Assembly: GCF_009914755.1 (NCBI RefSeq) | Contig: NC_060932.1 | Source: the human T2T-CHM13v2.0 reference genome, Homo sapiens | Length of the DNA: 64,000 nucleotides | Direction: 5' to 3' (one strand) | In this document: piece by piece, positions 1 through 11,760 of the stretch | Layout of the letters: each line of letters begins with the position of its first letter | Position numbering within the stretch: the stretch's first letter is position 1 | The notes under the pieces: generated by a model | What the model was told of the DNA's origin: nothing | The model's input: the letters and a program-made list of their open reading frames with translations, nothing else | The model's database searches: none | Position numbers and translations under genes: made by a program

Positions 1-907
1 AACTTAAATGGTTTGTAGATAAATAACTGGATAAACTATTCGATTTGATTTCTATAAATTGAGATTACATTCATACTCAACATTAACATTCATCAAATAA
101 CATGGATACTTAAACTCGCCAGGTACTGTCTCTAACTACAATGCCCTGAGAAGGGAGGTATTTCAGGAATATAGTAGACTACATGCTGCGTTCAGCCCAT
201 ATCTGCAGGTGCATGTCTTCCTCAACAGCCAGCATGCCCTCATCGTGAGCGAGCAACCCCTTTCCGACAGTTAACATTACAATGTATCTTTTTAATTTTT
301 TTTCTCAAGGACAGAAGAAAAAAATATTTAACAGAAATCAGTCTACTATTCTACCACTTGCTGAAACTAACAGTTCCCTTTACATAAATATACAATTTCT
401 CCAACCAAATATCATATTTTATATTTACTCTCACTTCATGTTAATTTTTATAAAGGTTAAAAAAACAAATACTTTGTGATGATTTGCCACCCCAGCGGCA
501 CAAAATTTTCTGGTGCAAAATCGATTTGATCTTATTAATTAATATTGTCATTATTATTTATTTTTCACCAACTTGCTTAAGAGGTACATACTTTCTTTCT
601 TAAGGTAGTGTTTTGACAGAGAGAACCTTAATGCTGAACTTTAGAAAAGAGAAACCAAAAATGTCATAAAATTTGCCAGGGCTAGACACACAAACGGGGT
701 GCCCCCACACATTCATAGGTTTGGGCAAGCCCCCAAACCTTGGCTTACCCAGGAAGCCAAACCCAGACAGCCGTCTTGCAATTGCAAACACTGCCCCCCT
801 GGAGCAAAAGGTAAATACACAAATGCTCCCCTAAGGAACTTTAAGTTAGCTGCAGTGCAAGAAAGGAAAAAGGTCCGTGCTATTAGAAACTGAAAGCAAT
901 CACTTAC
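1..907 (-). other. ANGPT1: 5' end of ANGPT1 intron 1 (continues beyond the window)
   Basis: Canonical GTAAGT donor directly after codon K99, followed by AT-rich non-coding sequence. Confidence 0.95.
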
Positions 908-1204
908 TTTTTGCAGCCACTGAGTATAATTTTCCATCACATGTTCCAGATGTTGAAGTTTCTGGGAAGAGAAATCCGGTTCCACGTGTGGAGCATCTCT
1001 CTGCAGAGCGTTTGTGTTGTACTGGTCTGTCGTACTCTCACGACAGTTGCCATCGTGTTCTGGAAGAATGAAAGTGTAGGCACATTGCCCATGTTGAATC
1101 CGGTTATATCTTCTCCCACTGTTTTCTGGACTTCGGCGCTGATTGCTGCACCCTATGTGAGTCAGAATGGCAGCGAGGAAAGCAAAGGAAAGGAAAACTG
1201 TCAT
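908..1204 (-). CDS. ANGPT1: Angiopoietin-1, coding part of exon 1 (aa 1-99: signal peptide, superclustering region, start of coiled coil)
   Basis: Translation MTVFLSFAFLAAILTHIGCSNQRRSPENSGRRYNRIQHGQCAYTF...ENYTQWLQK is the recognisable ANGPT1 N-terminus. ATG is at 1204-1202, and the 297 nt end at a phase-0 donor AAA|GTAAGT (907-902). Confidence 0.98.
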
Positions 1205-1671
1205 TGTACTGCCAGCACACTCCTTCCGTGCCTCTCGCAAAACTTGCTCCTTTCTTCTGACCTCTAAAACTAGTTCTTTATTTCAGGTAAAACTGCTTGT
1301 TTGTTTGACTCTTTCCCCCTCAAAGAAAGCGTTTGAAGAAGAATCATAGAAAACTAGCCATTTGTTAGCTTTGTTCTAAAATTTTAAAATTTTTTATTTC
1401 ACTGCAATGATGTTTTTCTTCGTTAAAACTTGAGATATTTATTGCATAGTAGCTGAGATTTATTGTTTCCTCTCTGTGTGACCGTTCAGCATGGAGCCTG
1501 CCTGAGTCAGCTGCGTGTACATATTCTAGACCCTTTCCTCTACCCTATCTGCTGCAGATCTGCTATTTTCTCCCAGACCTCAGTGAGTTTTATTAAGGTT
1601 GCACATCCAAGCCAAGCTGGAAGCAGGCAGCCTTTCACAAGATGACTTGACAGGAATGCATGAGTGTGCCC
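1205..1671 (-). other. ANGPT1: ANGPT1 5'UTR (exon 1); TSS position approximate
   Basis: Contiguous with the CDS with no splice acceptor. The minus-strand sequence CAGCTGACTCAGGCAGGCTCC (from 1513) is what I recall as a cDNA 5' end; longer cDNAs probably start near 1670. The TSS cannot be fixed from sequence alone. Confidence 0.7.
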
Positions 1672-1800
1672 CTATACTAAGGATTGCTGATGGCTTAGGG
1701 CGGCGGGATCGTCTTACAAATTGGCTAGATGCGCATGACCTCGATCATGTATGGCCCTCCCGCCCCTTTCCACAGACAATTGCCTTGAGCCTTTAGCAGA
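1500..1800 (-). promoter_or_regulatory. ANGPT1 core/proximal promoter (no CpG island)
   Basis: AP-1 TGAGTCA 1503-1509 overlapping E-box CAGCTG 1508-1513; GC boxes GGGCGG 1698-1703 and CCCGCCCC 1759-1766; CCAAT on minus (ATTGG 1720-1724); NRF1-like TGCGCATG 1730-1737. Confidence 0.75.
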
Positions 1801-3077
1801 TTCATGGCAAATCAATAAATAGAGCAGTCCACCTTAATACACTTTTGGTGTGCATGCTGACCTACTAAAATATAGCAAACTAGCAGTATGTTTTTAAAGT
1901 TACTATTTAGTCGAGGGACCCTAAGAAGAAAATTGGCATAATGTCCAATGGAATTATTTTTGATAGAGAATGATAAACCCATATCATTATTAAATGTCTT
2001 TAAAAAACATGTATTCTTGACTCTGAGGAAAAATATGTTAAAAAACAGTTTTTACAGATGGTATTCTTTCATTGTATTCACTTAGACTTTTAGGAGTTGA
2101 AGAAAATAATCAGAGAGGATCAAATTAGCAAGAAAATTAGCATCATTTGTTGCTCAAAGCAATATGTTGCACAAAGCAATATAGTATGTGCATATTAAAG
2201 AGGGTTATCTAAGTACCTTTTGGTATAGGGTTCTTAAATGAAACTGGTGTCCTGATCAGAATGCAACCCTTCATGTTCTGTGTATATAAATTGAGCAACT
2301 TCCCTACAAAAACAATGTGGCTACAATTTAAAGCAGTGGCTTGAGAATTATTAATTCCTGTGGTATATCCTAATCCTGTATTTTACAAGGATCTCTTTGG
2401 TGGCTATGGCTGTCTTTAACACTGGTGTGGAAGTTCCACATAAAAACCTCCTGTGGCTGCACAGACATACTATGTGAGAACAAGCATATATCAGGTGTGC
2501 TAACAGCCAGCAATGGGCTGTACAGGAGACATCTCTGTGCTTCTGTGAAGGAAGAAAGAAAAATTATCAGAAGATGATTTCCCACAGGCAGCGTATAAAC
2601 ATTTGAACAAAGGGACCCATAAACATAAACAGGCAATAATTGTAGAATTTAGGGAACGGCTTTGAGATCTTTACTAGATGCAGAAAACCTGAATTATGAG
2701 TTGGGATTTTCATTAGGAACTGGGAGGGCTTTTAGACAACTGCAGTCATGGTGTGAAAACAGAAGCCACAGCTGTCATCTCCCATGTCTTGGAAGGAGAA
2801 CAGGGCAGTGGGTGAAGGTCCGTAGTGGTTAGAGATGGGCATTTAGGGAGAAGTTAGAGGAGAGGTCAAAACAAATTCCAGAACAAATGCGATTTACTTG
2901 GGGAAAGAAACCTTGCCGAGATTCATCAGTCCTTTCCACACCAAATAACAAATTTCTGATTGGACAGATATGGAAGCAAGTTATGCCAAACACAGCAATA
3001 AAATATTTGAACCACTTTTGCAGCCTCTTGAACTTTTGCGTGTCTCCTCATTGAGTCATGTATCACTCCTGTGCAAC

Positions 3078-3320
3078 AATAATAATGGCATGCATTAAGA
3101 CCTTACTGTTTTCCAGGCGAAGCACTCCTTACACACTATCTCACTTAATCATTCCAACAAACCTAAGATCACGGATATCATCCGTTTAACCCCATTTTAT
3201 CAATGGGAAGACTGAGTCACAGAAAGGCTAACAGGATGTAATTCACAGAGCTGGCAAGTGATGGCGCCAGTATGTGAACTCAGGCAAACTGACTCAGAGC
3301 CTGTTTCAAACCACCAGGCC
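3078..3320 (-). mobile_element. MIR SINE
   Basis: Degenerate reverse MIR core: cccattttatcaatgggaagactgagtcacagaaaggctaa...gaactcaggcaaactgactcagagc. Confidence 0.7.
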
Positions 3321-3478
3321 AGCCTGCTTTTGGAAATCTCTGCAAGGAATGAAAGCAATTTCAAAAGCGCTCCAGCTGCATTGATTTACAGTCCTAAACC
3401 AGGAGAAGTGACGTACCTAGAAGAAAAAGCACTGTTAAAACCAGAGTATCTCTCCAAAGTGATTCAGGCCTTTTCCAG

Positions 3479-3526
3479 CACACGCGTGCGCGCGCACACG
3501 CACACACGCACACACGCACACACACA
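3479..3526. repeat. (CA)n/(CG)n alternating purine-pyrimidine microsatellite
   Basis: cacacgcgtgcgcgcgcacacgcacacacgcacacacgcacacacaca. Confidence 0.95.
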
Positions 3527-4271
3527 GTGACAGGTAACCTATGCACAGCCACAAAGATGAAGTGCACTGGCAAAATGCAGGTTGTCTAAGAACACTTTCC
3601 AATAATGCTTGATTTGAAAATTATCCATGGAAAGAAGAGAGTCCAAACCCGACACCTAGAAGTGTTTTGCGAAGAACTAAATACAGCAGAAAATTGGCAG
3701 AAGACTAATGGATGAGTGGTGAGGTTTCTATTAAAGTGCTCCTGTGTTTTTAAATAGCCGAGACTGTTAAAAATCTGTTCCTCCACGTGTGTGTCTGTGT
3801 ACGTCTCTGTGTCCTTATCCATGTGAATTTTCGCAATTAGAATAAATGAAAAGCAGGAATGCACAATTTCCTGAGGGAAAAGTAGACACTAAGAAAGAGA
3901 AGCCTGAAATGCAAATAAAAAAGGAGGGGTCGAGGGACAAAGAGACAGAGAAAAATGTAGAGACTGATTTATTTCTTTTGCAGAAAAACAAAATCAACCT
4001 TAAACCATAACACTGGAAGTACTAGTGTCATTCTGAAAAAAAATGTCTGAAGATGAATTTTAAGTAATTAGAAAACACAAGGATGTGCAGAATTGACTCC
4101 GGTGTTTTTGGAACTCCAGTTAAGGAGACTGTAGGTACATTTAAGGATCCTGACACACTAAAGATAATATGTCTTTGGGATCATGCATCTAAGCAACAGC
4201 AACACTGTTGTGTGTTGCTGATTATTCAGAAATGGGGCAGAATTCAGGATGCATTAAAATTTAGGGAGTAG

Positions 4272-4588
4272 GGCTGGGTTCAGTGGCTCATGCCTGTAAT
4301 CCCAGCACTTTGGGAGGCCGAAGTGGGAGGATCGTTGGAGACTAGGATTTTGAGTACAGCCTGGGCAGCATAGGGTGACCCTCCCTGTCTCTACCCAAGA
4401 TAAAATAAAATAAAAATTAGCCAGGTGTGGTGGCACGCCCAGGACCTGTGGTCCCAGCTACTCAGGAAGCTGAGGTGAGAGAATCGCTTGAGTCCAGGGG
4501 GTTGAGGCTGCAGTGAGCCATGATTACCACTGCACTCCAGCCTGGATGACAGAGTGAGACCCTTTCTAAATAATAATAATAATAATAA
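4272..4588 (+). mobile_element. Alu (AluJ-like) with (TAA)n tail
   Basis: GGCTGGGTTCAGTGGCTCATGCCTGTAATCCCAGC dimer with A-rich linker; J-type right arm. Confidence 0.95.
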
Positions 4589-5309
4589 GCGAGTAATAAG
4601 AACAAGCCAATTAAAATTCATCTACCACACCTCCATGAAGGATAAAATATTTATAAAGAACTAAACAATTCTGTTCAATTGAATTCTGTGGTAGCTTGAA
4701 CCCAAAAGCTTTGTGTTTTATTAGAGATCTGGAATAAGGAAGTGTAGGCTTTAAGGTTCTGATCTCATATTTACAAAGAGTCCTAGTAAATGTCCCACTT
4801 AGTCTGAAATTTCCAAAGGGACCAAGAGCCATTTATACCAGAACTTAATGTGCCTAAATCTATCCTAAGAAACAGTCTTTGATAATTCTTTGGTAAAGCT
4901 TTCTTAATTTCTCCAGGTCCAATAAATGCTCTCTGTGTTAAATTTCAATAACCTTCTCCTCATGTCTCCAAAACTGCACTGCTCACGTTGCTTGCTAATT
5001 GTTGCCTTTTTTTTTATCTGTCTCTTGCTTTTGCTGTGAGCTGCTAAAGTGATCTTCTCTTTGTCATCATTGATTCCTCAACATTCACTATGCACTTTGT
5101 CTGAAGGAATGAAAGAATAAGCAAATAAATGAATGAGCTGATTAATGACTCAGTTGATGCAACTTCCTGACTCTCTATCTGGTTACTACATGACTGGCCA
5201 CATTCATTGCATTTGTTGGGTGAGTTTGCCTAGAATCCCTAGGCATGAAGAACTGAGGATAAAGCCAAACTTATTCTAAAGAATGAGTTAGACGCAAGAG
5301 CAAAGTACA

Positions 5310-5545
5310 ATAATAATTCATAGTATTTTTTAACACTTAACAAATAATTTTCTCATCTAATGTTTACAGAACCCCCATAATTATGTAATATTATATATTA
5401 TTATTCCCATTTTGCTGATGAGAAATGTGGAGCCATAGAGATTAATCGCCCAGGATCTATGATCTCTTAGGAGGCAGAACAGGAATTTGATCCTCAATCC
5501 ATCTAACTGTGAGGCTCACATTCATTTCCCACTGAGCTATATTGT
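5310..5545 (-). mobile_element. MIR SINE
   Basis: attattcccattttgctgatgagaaatgtggagc...ggaatttgatcctc reverse MIR core. Confidence 0.6.
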
Positions 5546-6462
5546 TTATGACAATACTTCAGTATTGAGAAAATATTTCTTATAATTTAGGGAACAAGAA
5601 CAACATGGTGACTTCCCCCTTCAGAGGTCCCTTTCCTCTGAAACCCAGGGCTTTCACAGATTCATGTTATGATCTTCCAAAACAGGGATAATATTAAATC
5701 AGGATGCACCAGTATGGTAAGATATGCTTACCAACAGCCAATCTGATTAATCGGATTATACTTTAGAAATATTCTAAATGGTTGGTCCTATGCCATGTCA
5801 TCTGTTAGATATCTTGATCATCACTCCTGCTCTACAATAAAATCAAAATATATGAAAAAAAATAGTATTTATTTCTCAAAAATACCACCAGGCAATGAGA
5901 TTCAAGGAAATAGTCCTCTGGTATTTATACAACCACTTATAGGGGAAAAAGGGGTGGGAAAGTATTCTCCTACTTTGTGTTCTGAACACAATGTGATTCA
6001 CCACACCAAGGGTGCCATATTCTGTGACTCTGCTCAGGCACTTTTAGGGATCAAGACTATCATCAGGCCTATAGAAGTGGCAGCTCTATCTAAAAGGAGG
6101 GAGGGCACTTGGCTGTAGCTCCTGGAAGCAGAGCCAAGACACCTTCACTCAACTATGTAGGCAGCAAAGGTATCCACAACAGTTGGAAATATCACAGGGG
6201 ACAAAACCAAAAACAGAAGAAGATGGAGGATATCATCTGGTAACTGAAGGCACTTCATGAGTACATGCAAAATATCCATTTAGAACTCCCAGAATAACTG
6301 GGAGGATGCTACAAAAAGCTGGAAACACTGCAGCAAGTGGGATGAGGACTGGAGGCATATAGATAAGTGAGGAAAATAAAAATTATCATATAAATATTCC
6401 TCTGTCTTTTGATGACAGAAATTTCTGGTAATTGTTAGGTATCTTGTTTGTTAAGTAGGTTT

Positions 6463-6762
6463 AATTTAATTTTATTTTTGAGACAGGGTCTCGCTTTGTC
6501 ACCCAGGCTGGAGTGCGGTGGCATGATCTCAGCTCACTGTAGCCTCTGCCTCTGAGGCTCAAGTGATCCTTCCACCTCAGCCTCCCTAGTAGCTGGGACT
6601 ACAGGCATGCACCATCGTACCCGGCTAATTTTTGTATTATTTTGTAGAGATGGAGTTTCACCATGTTCCCCAGGCTGGTCTCGAATTCCTGGACTCAAGC
6701 AAACCACCAGCCTCGGCCTCCCCAACTGCTGGGATTACAGGCGTAAGCCACCAGGCTCAGCC
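6463..6762 (-). mobile_element. Alu (AluJ-like)
   Basis: T-rich tail, then gagacagggtctcgctttgtcacccaggctgg...gccaccaggctcagcc. Confidence 0.95.
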
Positions 6763-8379
6763 TGTTAAGTTGGTTTTAAACTATAGATATGCAAGGTGGA
6801 AACCGCTGAGACTGAATTAATTTGCTCTACCTAAGAAAGGAGAGAAGGGATTAAGAGACTCAGGAAAAGATCTAGAAGTGGAGGACTGGAGCTAGAGAGG
6901 TTTAGAGATTCTGTGTCAGGCAGAGCTGCTGAAAGAGAGAGGAGGCTTGTGGCTGTGTGGCCATGAGAGACTTGGGAAGATATATCAAGTAAGGAGATTT
7001 GGAGTGAAATAATGTTTCCAGTGAGATCAAATTTGTCTTATCTGTTTCAGTAAAATATATACTTTGGGGCAAATGACTTCTTAAAGGTGAATAAGAGGAA
7101 TTGAAGAATTGGTCTTTGCTTCAAGCATGGGAACAGCTAACATATGGATTACACAGACTATTAATGTGAATGCAATTGAAGTCATTTGTTTCAGGTTTGT
7201 TTTTCACACTAGATCAGAGTCCCAAATGCTAGAACTGTGTCTGTCTTATTGATCTGTCTGTCCCCTTTTCCTGGCACAGAGGATGAACTTTATAAATATC
7301 CAGCTGACTGTCTGATTCATTCACCTTAAATCTCAATGATGAGATGTGAAGACACAGAGCCAGTCCCTTACAAGTTTTCAGGTGCTAGACTTGCATAGGC
7401 CCTAGAGATCTCACTTTGTGGTGAGTCATAGAAGGCACCCAGAGTCCATAGATTCCAAAAGTCAATCCCAGCAGTGGTAGTGGAATAATACCTAATACTT
7501 CCAGCCACCTATGAACATTGCCACGGTTGAAAAACCATTCAAGAAACATCTCAGAAATACCTCTCAATGTGAGATTAGTTGTTAATTCTACAATGAAGGT
7601 AACTTCTACAAATACGCAAGCCAGAAAAGAAAACAAACAGCTGAGGACTGTACCATGCAGAAATACAGATGCCAACATTCCCCTCATACGAGAATGAAGA
7701 AGGATTTCCATTGGAGACCCAGTGAGATTTTATTATAAAAAGCATATAAACTACTTTGCATTTACTAACTGCCTCCTTCTTTCTTCTCTTTTTCCCTACA
7801 GAAGTCTTGATTCCTAGATGAGAGCAGAATGCAAAGGCCTCTCTGTCTCAACTTTTCCAACTTCAGAAAGCACATGTATTTTACATGTTCTAAGAAACTC
7901 TCAAAAAAGAACAAGTAATTTCAAGAAATGCCTGGAATTACCATTTCATGGGTTATGGTAACCCAGTGGGACTTGGATAGTTCTTGTAACCAGTTCTTGT
8001 AGCCAAAGTACCCTCCGCTGAGAGTAACTCAATGATGTAGGACTTTCTGTTCAGAGGAAAAACTATGTTGTGGTCACAGAGTTGTTACAACCTCCACTCA
8101 TGAGTTAAAAAAAGAATCATTCACAAGCATTGTAAACTCAGATTTTAAAAAATACGAGGGAAATAAGATCCTTAATGTTTTCTAAAATTGCTTGTTTTTC
8201 CTCTTTTAGTCTTATTTTTATACTCTCTCTTAATCTAATCTTACTTCTGATGTAATACTGTCTTATCTCTCTTTCCTCCTGCCAGATTGGATGAACTGTT
8301 TCATAGTGGTTAAGGTGGGAGGATACAGACTGCTTTGTTTTTGTTTTGTTTCTTAATTTCTTGTCTATGCTAGTCCATG

Positions 8380-8555
8380 TTAGATGATATTAGACAAGAC
8401 ATTTAATTTTCCTAAGCTCAGCTTCCTTATCTGTAAAATGAAGACAGTAATAACAGTACCAATTTTATAAGAACGTTGTGAAGATTAAATAAGATAGTGG
8501 ATATAAAGTACTGAGCACAGTGTCCAGACCATATCCAAGTGCTCTCAATGTTAGT
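8380..8555 (+). mobile_element. MIR SINE fragment
   Basis: ctcagcttccttatctgtaaaatgaagacagtaataacagtacc...aaagtactgagcacagtg. Confidence 0.7.
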
Positions 8556-8769
8556 TCTTCTTTCTAAATGTGAGTTCTTTTTTCTGTGCTCAGAAATTGT
8601 GCTACTTTTTGCCTTGTTTAGTTGAATTTTATAAGTACATTTACCTAATTTCATTCCCTATCATTTTGCCCTCCTAAATGTTTAAAATTATTTCTGAACA
8701 TCTTAAAAAATCACAAATTTAAGAAGCACATTTTAAAATGAGAGGATGCTCATGTTCACAATGATACAC

Positions 8770-8897
8770 ATGTAAATAGCTCTGGTTTCTTGAGGGCAAT
8801 GTTGTTCCTTACTGCTGCATCCCCCTAGCACCTGAAACAGTGAATGCCTGTCACATAATCGGTGCTGGATAGGTATTTGTTGAATGAATGAAATGAG
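8770..8897 (+). mobile_element. L2 3' end
   Basis: ccctagcacctgaaacagtg...aggtatttgttgaatgaatgaa. Confidence 0.6.
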
Positions 8898-9757
8898 TTG
8901 GGGACAATTTAGTAACAATGTAATACTCTGGCTACTGAAACCAGAGAAACATCAAGTAGGGCAAACAGACATGTAAACCAATCACATTTGATAGTGAAAA
9001 TTTTATGCCCTGGGAGCTATGGGGGCAATGTGGATACCATTTATGGCTTCATCACCATGCCTTGTTATCCAACTCATTTCTGGCCAATTCAACTGGATGA
9101 CCTTATTTTCAAGAACTTCTTTTATGACTAGACTTGTGGCATATATCATTCCATTCTGTTTCCTCAGAGATAATGTGTTTGCCTCTGATACACTGAAAAT
9201 GAACTGGAACACTCTATTATTAATCTTACATGAAATATGCAGTTTGGTGTGAACTGTGCATAAGGAAAAGATCTTATTTTATCTATATATTTTTTCCAAA
9301 CAAAATTTCACTCCCCTTCAGGCTATAATTCAGATTAGAAATTTGGCAATTAAATTAGAAAATAAATTCTGGTGGTACATAAAACACTTAAAAAATATGA
9401 TTGCTTAAACCAGGTTCTTAGTTCATAAACTGACCCATAAAGACTAGTCCTTTAATGATAACCATAAACAAAGAACCTATTTGGTCTCTGAAAAGTTTAT
9501 ACTTTCTTTTCCATTGATTACTCGTCTTTGTTCTTTCCTCTTGATCTTTCTCTTCTAAATAGCACAAATCTTTAAAGGGAGGATTGTGGCAATTAAAGAA
9601 AGGCTAGAATAGAAGAATAGAAGACAACCATGACTCAAACACGGGAAAGGATTGTCATAGCCACGTTGTTACTCATAGTTAAATATTCCTTCCACTTGTG
9701 ATATGTATAAATGGATCACTTTTAGCTCCAGAAACACTGAACAGGCTGAATATTTTG

Positions 9758-10058
9758 CAAAATGTTTCCCAAATTTCTGTTACGTTTATACCACCTTCAT
9801 GGTATTTGCCATGCCCTGTGTACTACTATGTACCTAGATAGTTTCCTTAACTCAATTTTAAACTGTCTACATATCTTAGGTTTAACCTAAACAATAGTAT
9901 TGGGAAGAACAAGCACTTGTTTTTATATATTATATTATATGTTATAATTTATATTAAAATAAGTACACAATATGAAAATGAGTATCTGTCCATGTGCTAC
10001 CACCCAAATATTTCACTTCCCAGGGGAACATGTACCATACTTTAGGAAATATTACTTA
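9758..10058. mobile_element. hAT-Charlie-type non-autonomous DNA transposon (degenerate)
   Basis: TIR-like ends caaaatgtttcccaaa ... tttaggaaatattact. Confidence 0.45.
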
Positions 10059-11394
10059 GTGCTATCAAGAGTAGAGTCATCCTCTCCTGCAAAATGAATA
10101 AAACGATGTTTCCTGTCAATATATCCATGGAAAAAACTGTTGTAGTTACAGTTCCTCAAGATTTGTTTGCCTCATGTTCAGAATGTTTGGTGATTGTTTC
10201 CATTCTGTAGTCTAATCAGAAATACAAAGGATGCTTTTGAATCCGAAGCTTCTGCATTTATGCTGCCAGTGAGCACACGAAGAACCTCCCTCGGTCCCAC
10301 CCAGGGAAGTCATAGCTCCGATTTGCAATAGCCCTATTTACAGTGCTGTCCACTAACAGAAATGCCCAACTGAAGGCCTGAGCTTGCAACTAATGATTGA
10401 CCAGGAATTTCAATAGCTCTTTTCTTGATTCTGGCATTGGAAAGAATAATACAGTTATTTAGTATCTGGAGAGTAAATCTTCACTCCTTTTCAGTCTTGC
10501 GTTTGGAAGAGTGTTGGGGAAATAGTAAACAACTTTCTTCTCAAGAGTTGCATTCCCCTTGGAGAATTTACATTCCTTCCTGACATCCTTCAAAAAGCCA
10601 TAAAAGTATATCAGTTCAAAGAGGAAAGGAGAGTTAATATTTAAAAGACCTGTTAGGAATCAATTGCTCTCAGTTTAATAAAAGCTACCATTTCTTGAGT
10701 GTCTATGATATATCCAGATATATATAGCAAGCTATGCTAATCACTGTGCTTGCATTATCTCATCTATAACAATGGTCACAACAACAAAATATAGGGCCTT
10801 TTATTACCATCGTTTTACAGAGGGAAAAACAAACTTAGAGAAGCTGCAGGAAGGACTCAAACCCAGTGTTTTCTGAACCCAGACCAGAAGTTTTTAACCA
10901 TTACATATATATAAACCCTCAGTCAGTCTTTTTAAAGCATTTGCTTGTTTAAATCCCCAACTTAATTATCTTCCTGATTTTAGGATACATTTCCTTATTT
11001 GTTAATCCAATAAGAAGATAGAACTTGATAGCCAATTAGACTAAAGAAGTCATAAGAATTGAAAAAGGAAGCCATCCCCCAAAAGTTAATAATTACAGTA
11101 TATTTACTGTATGTCAAGTGCTTTACATACATTATCAAATTTAACCCTTAAAACAATCATATCATACCAATTTCACAGATGAAGAGACTGAAGCATTCGA
11201 AATGAACTTGCCTAAGATTATACAGAAGGGACATTTTAACCAGGCCATTTGACTTAAGGGCCCAGACATCTTAATTAATGTGCTAAGGAAAGGTCTCTAA
11301 AATCGGTGGGGAGAAAAAAAGCATGTTTAAGGTACTTACATATAGGACTGTAACCAGCTGTATCCTCATCTTCACTGGGTGCACAGGACAAGAT

Positions 11395-11760
11395 TCATTA
11401 TTCTCAGGGTATGATTCCGGGAGGGCAGCTTAGCATCACCTGGGATCTTGTTTGTAATGCAAAATCTGGGCCCCACCCAGATCTACTGAATCAGAAACCT
11501 GAGTTTGGGTCATAGCTCCCTTTGAGAGGCCTTGCAGGAAATTCTGATGCAGGCTCAAGTTAGAGAATTACTGGTTTAATTCATGACTCCCTAACCCTAG
11601 CAGCACCTTAGGATCACTTGGGAGTTCTAGATAAAAGATGCCTGGGCTTGCCTCTAGAGATTCTAATTCAGTTGCTCTGAGATGTAGCCTAAACACTGGT
11701 AGTTGTAAAGATGGATCAGGTGATTCTAATGTGTTGCCATGGTTGAGAATCAGTGGCTTA
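11395..11760. mobile_element. Two adjacent MER5 (hAT-Charlie) elements
   Basis: gcatcacctgggatcttg...ccagatctactgaatcagaaac...gctcaagttagagaattactg, then ...ggtgattctaatgtgttgccatggttgagaatcagtg. Confidence 0.7.

Noticed and set aside
749-849. Possible 101-nt cassette exon (polypyrimidine tract and CAG acceptor at 852-850, donor at 748)
   Set aside because: The upstream intron would be only 58 nt, below the usual human minimum, and the exon would shift the frame.
1205-1240. N-terminal extension MREARKECAGST in the ORF track
   Set aside because: Starts at a TTG; the recognisable protein and signal peptide start at ATG 1204, and an in-frame TGA lies a little further upstream.
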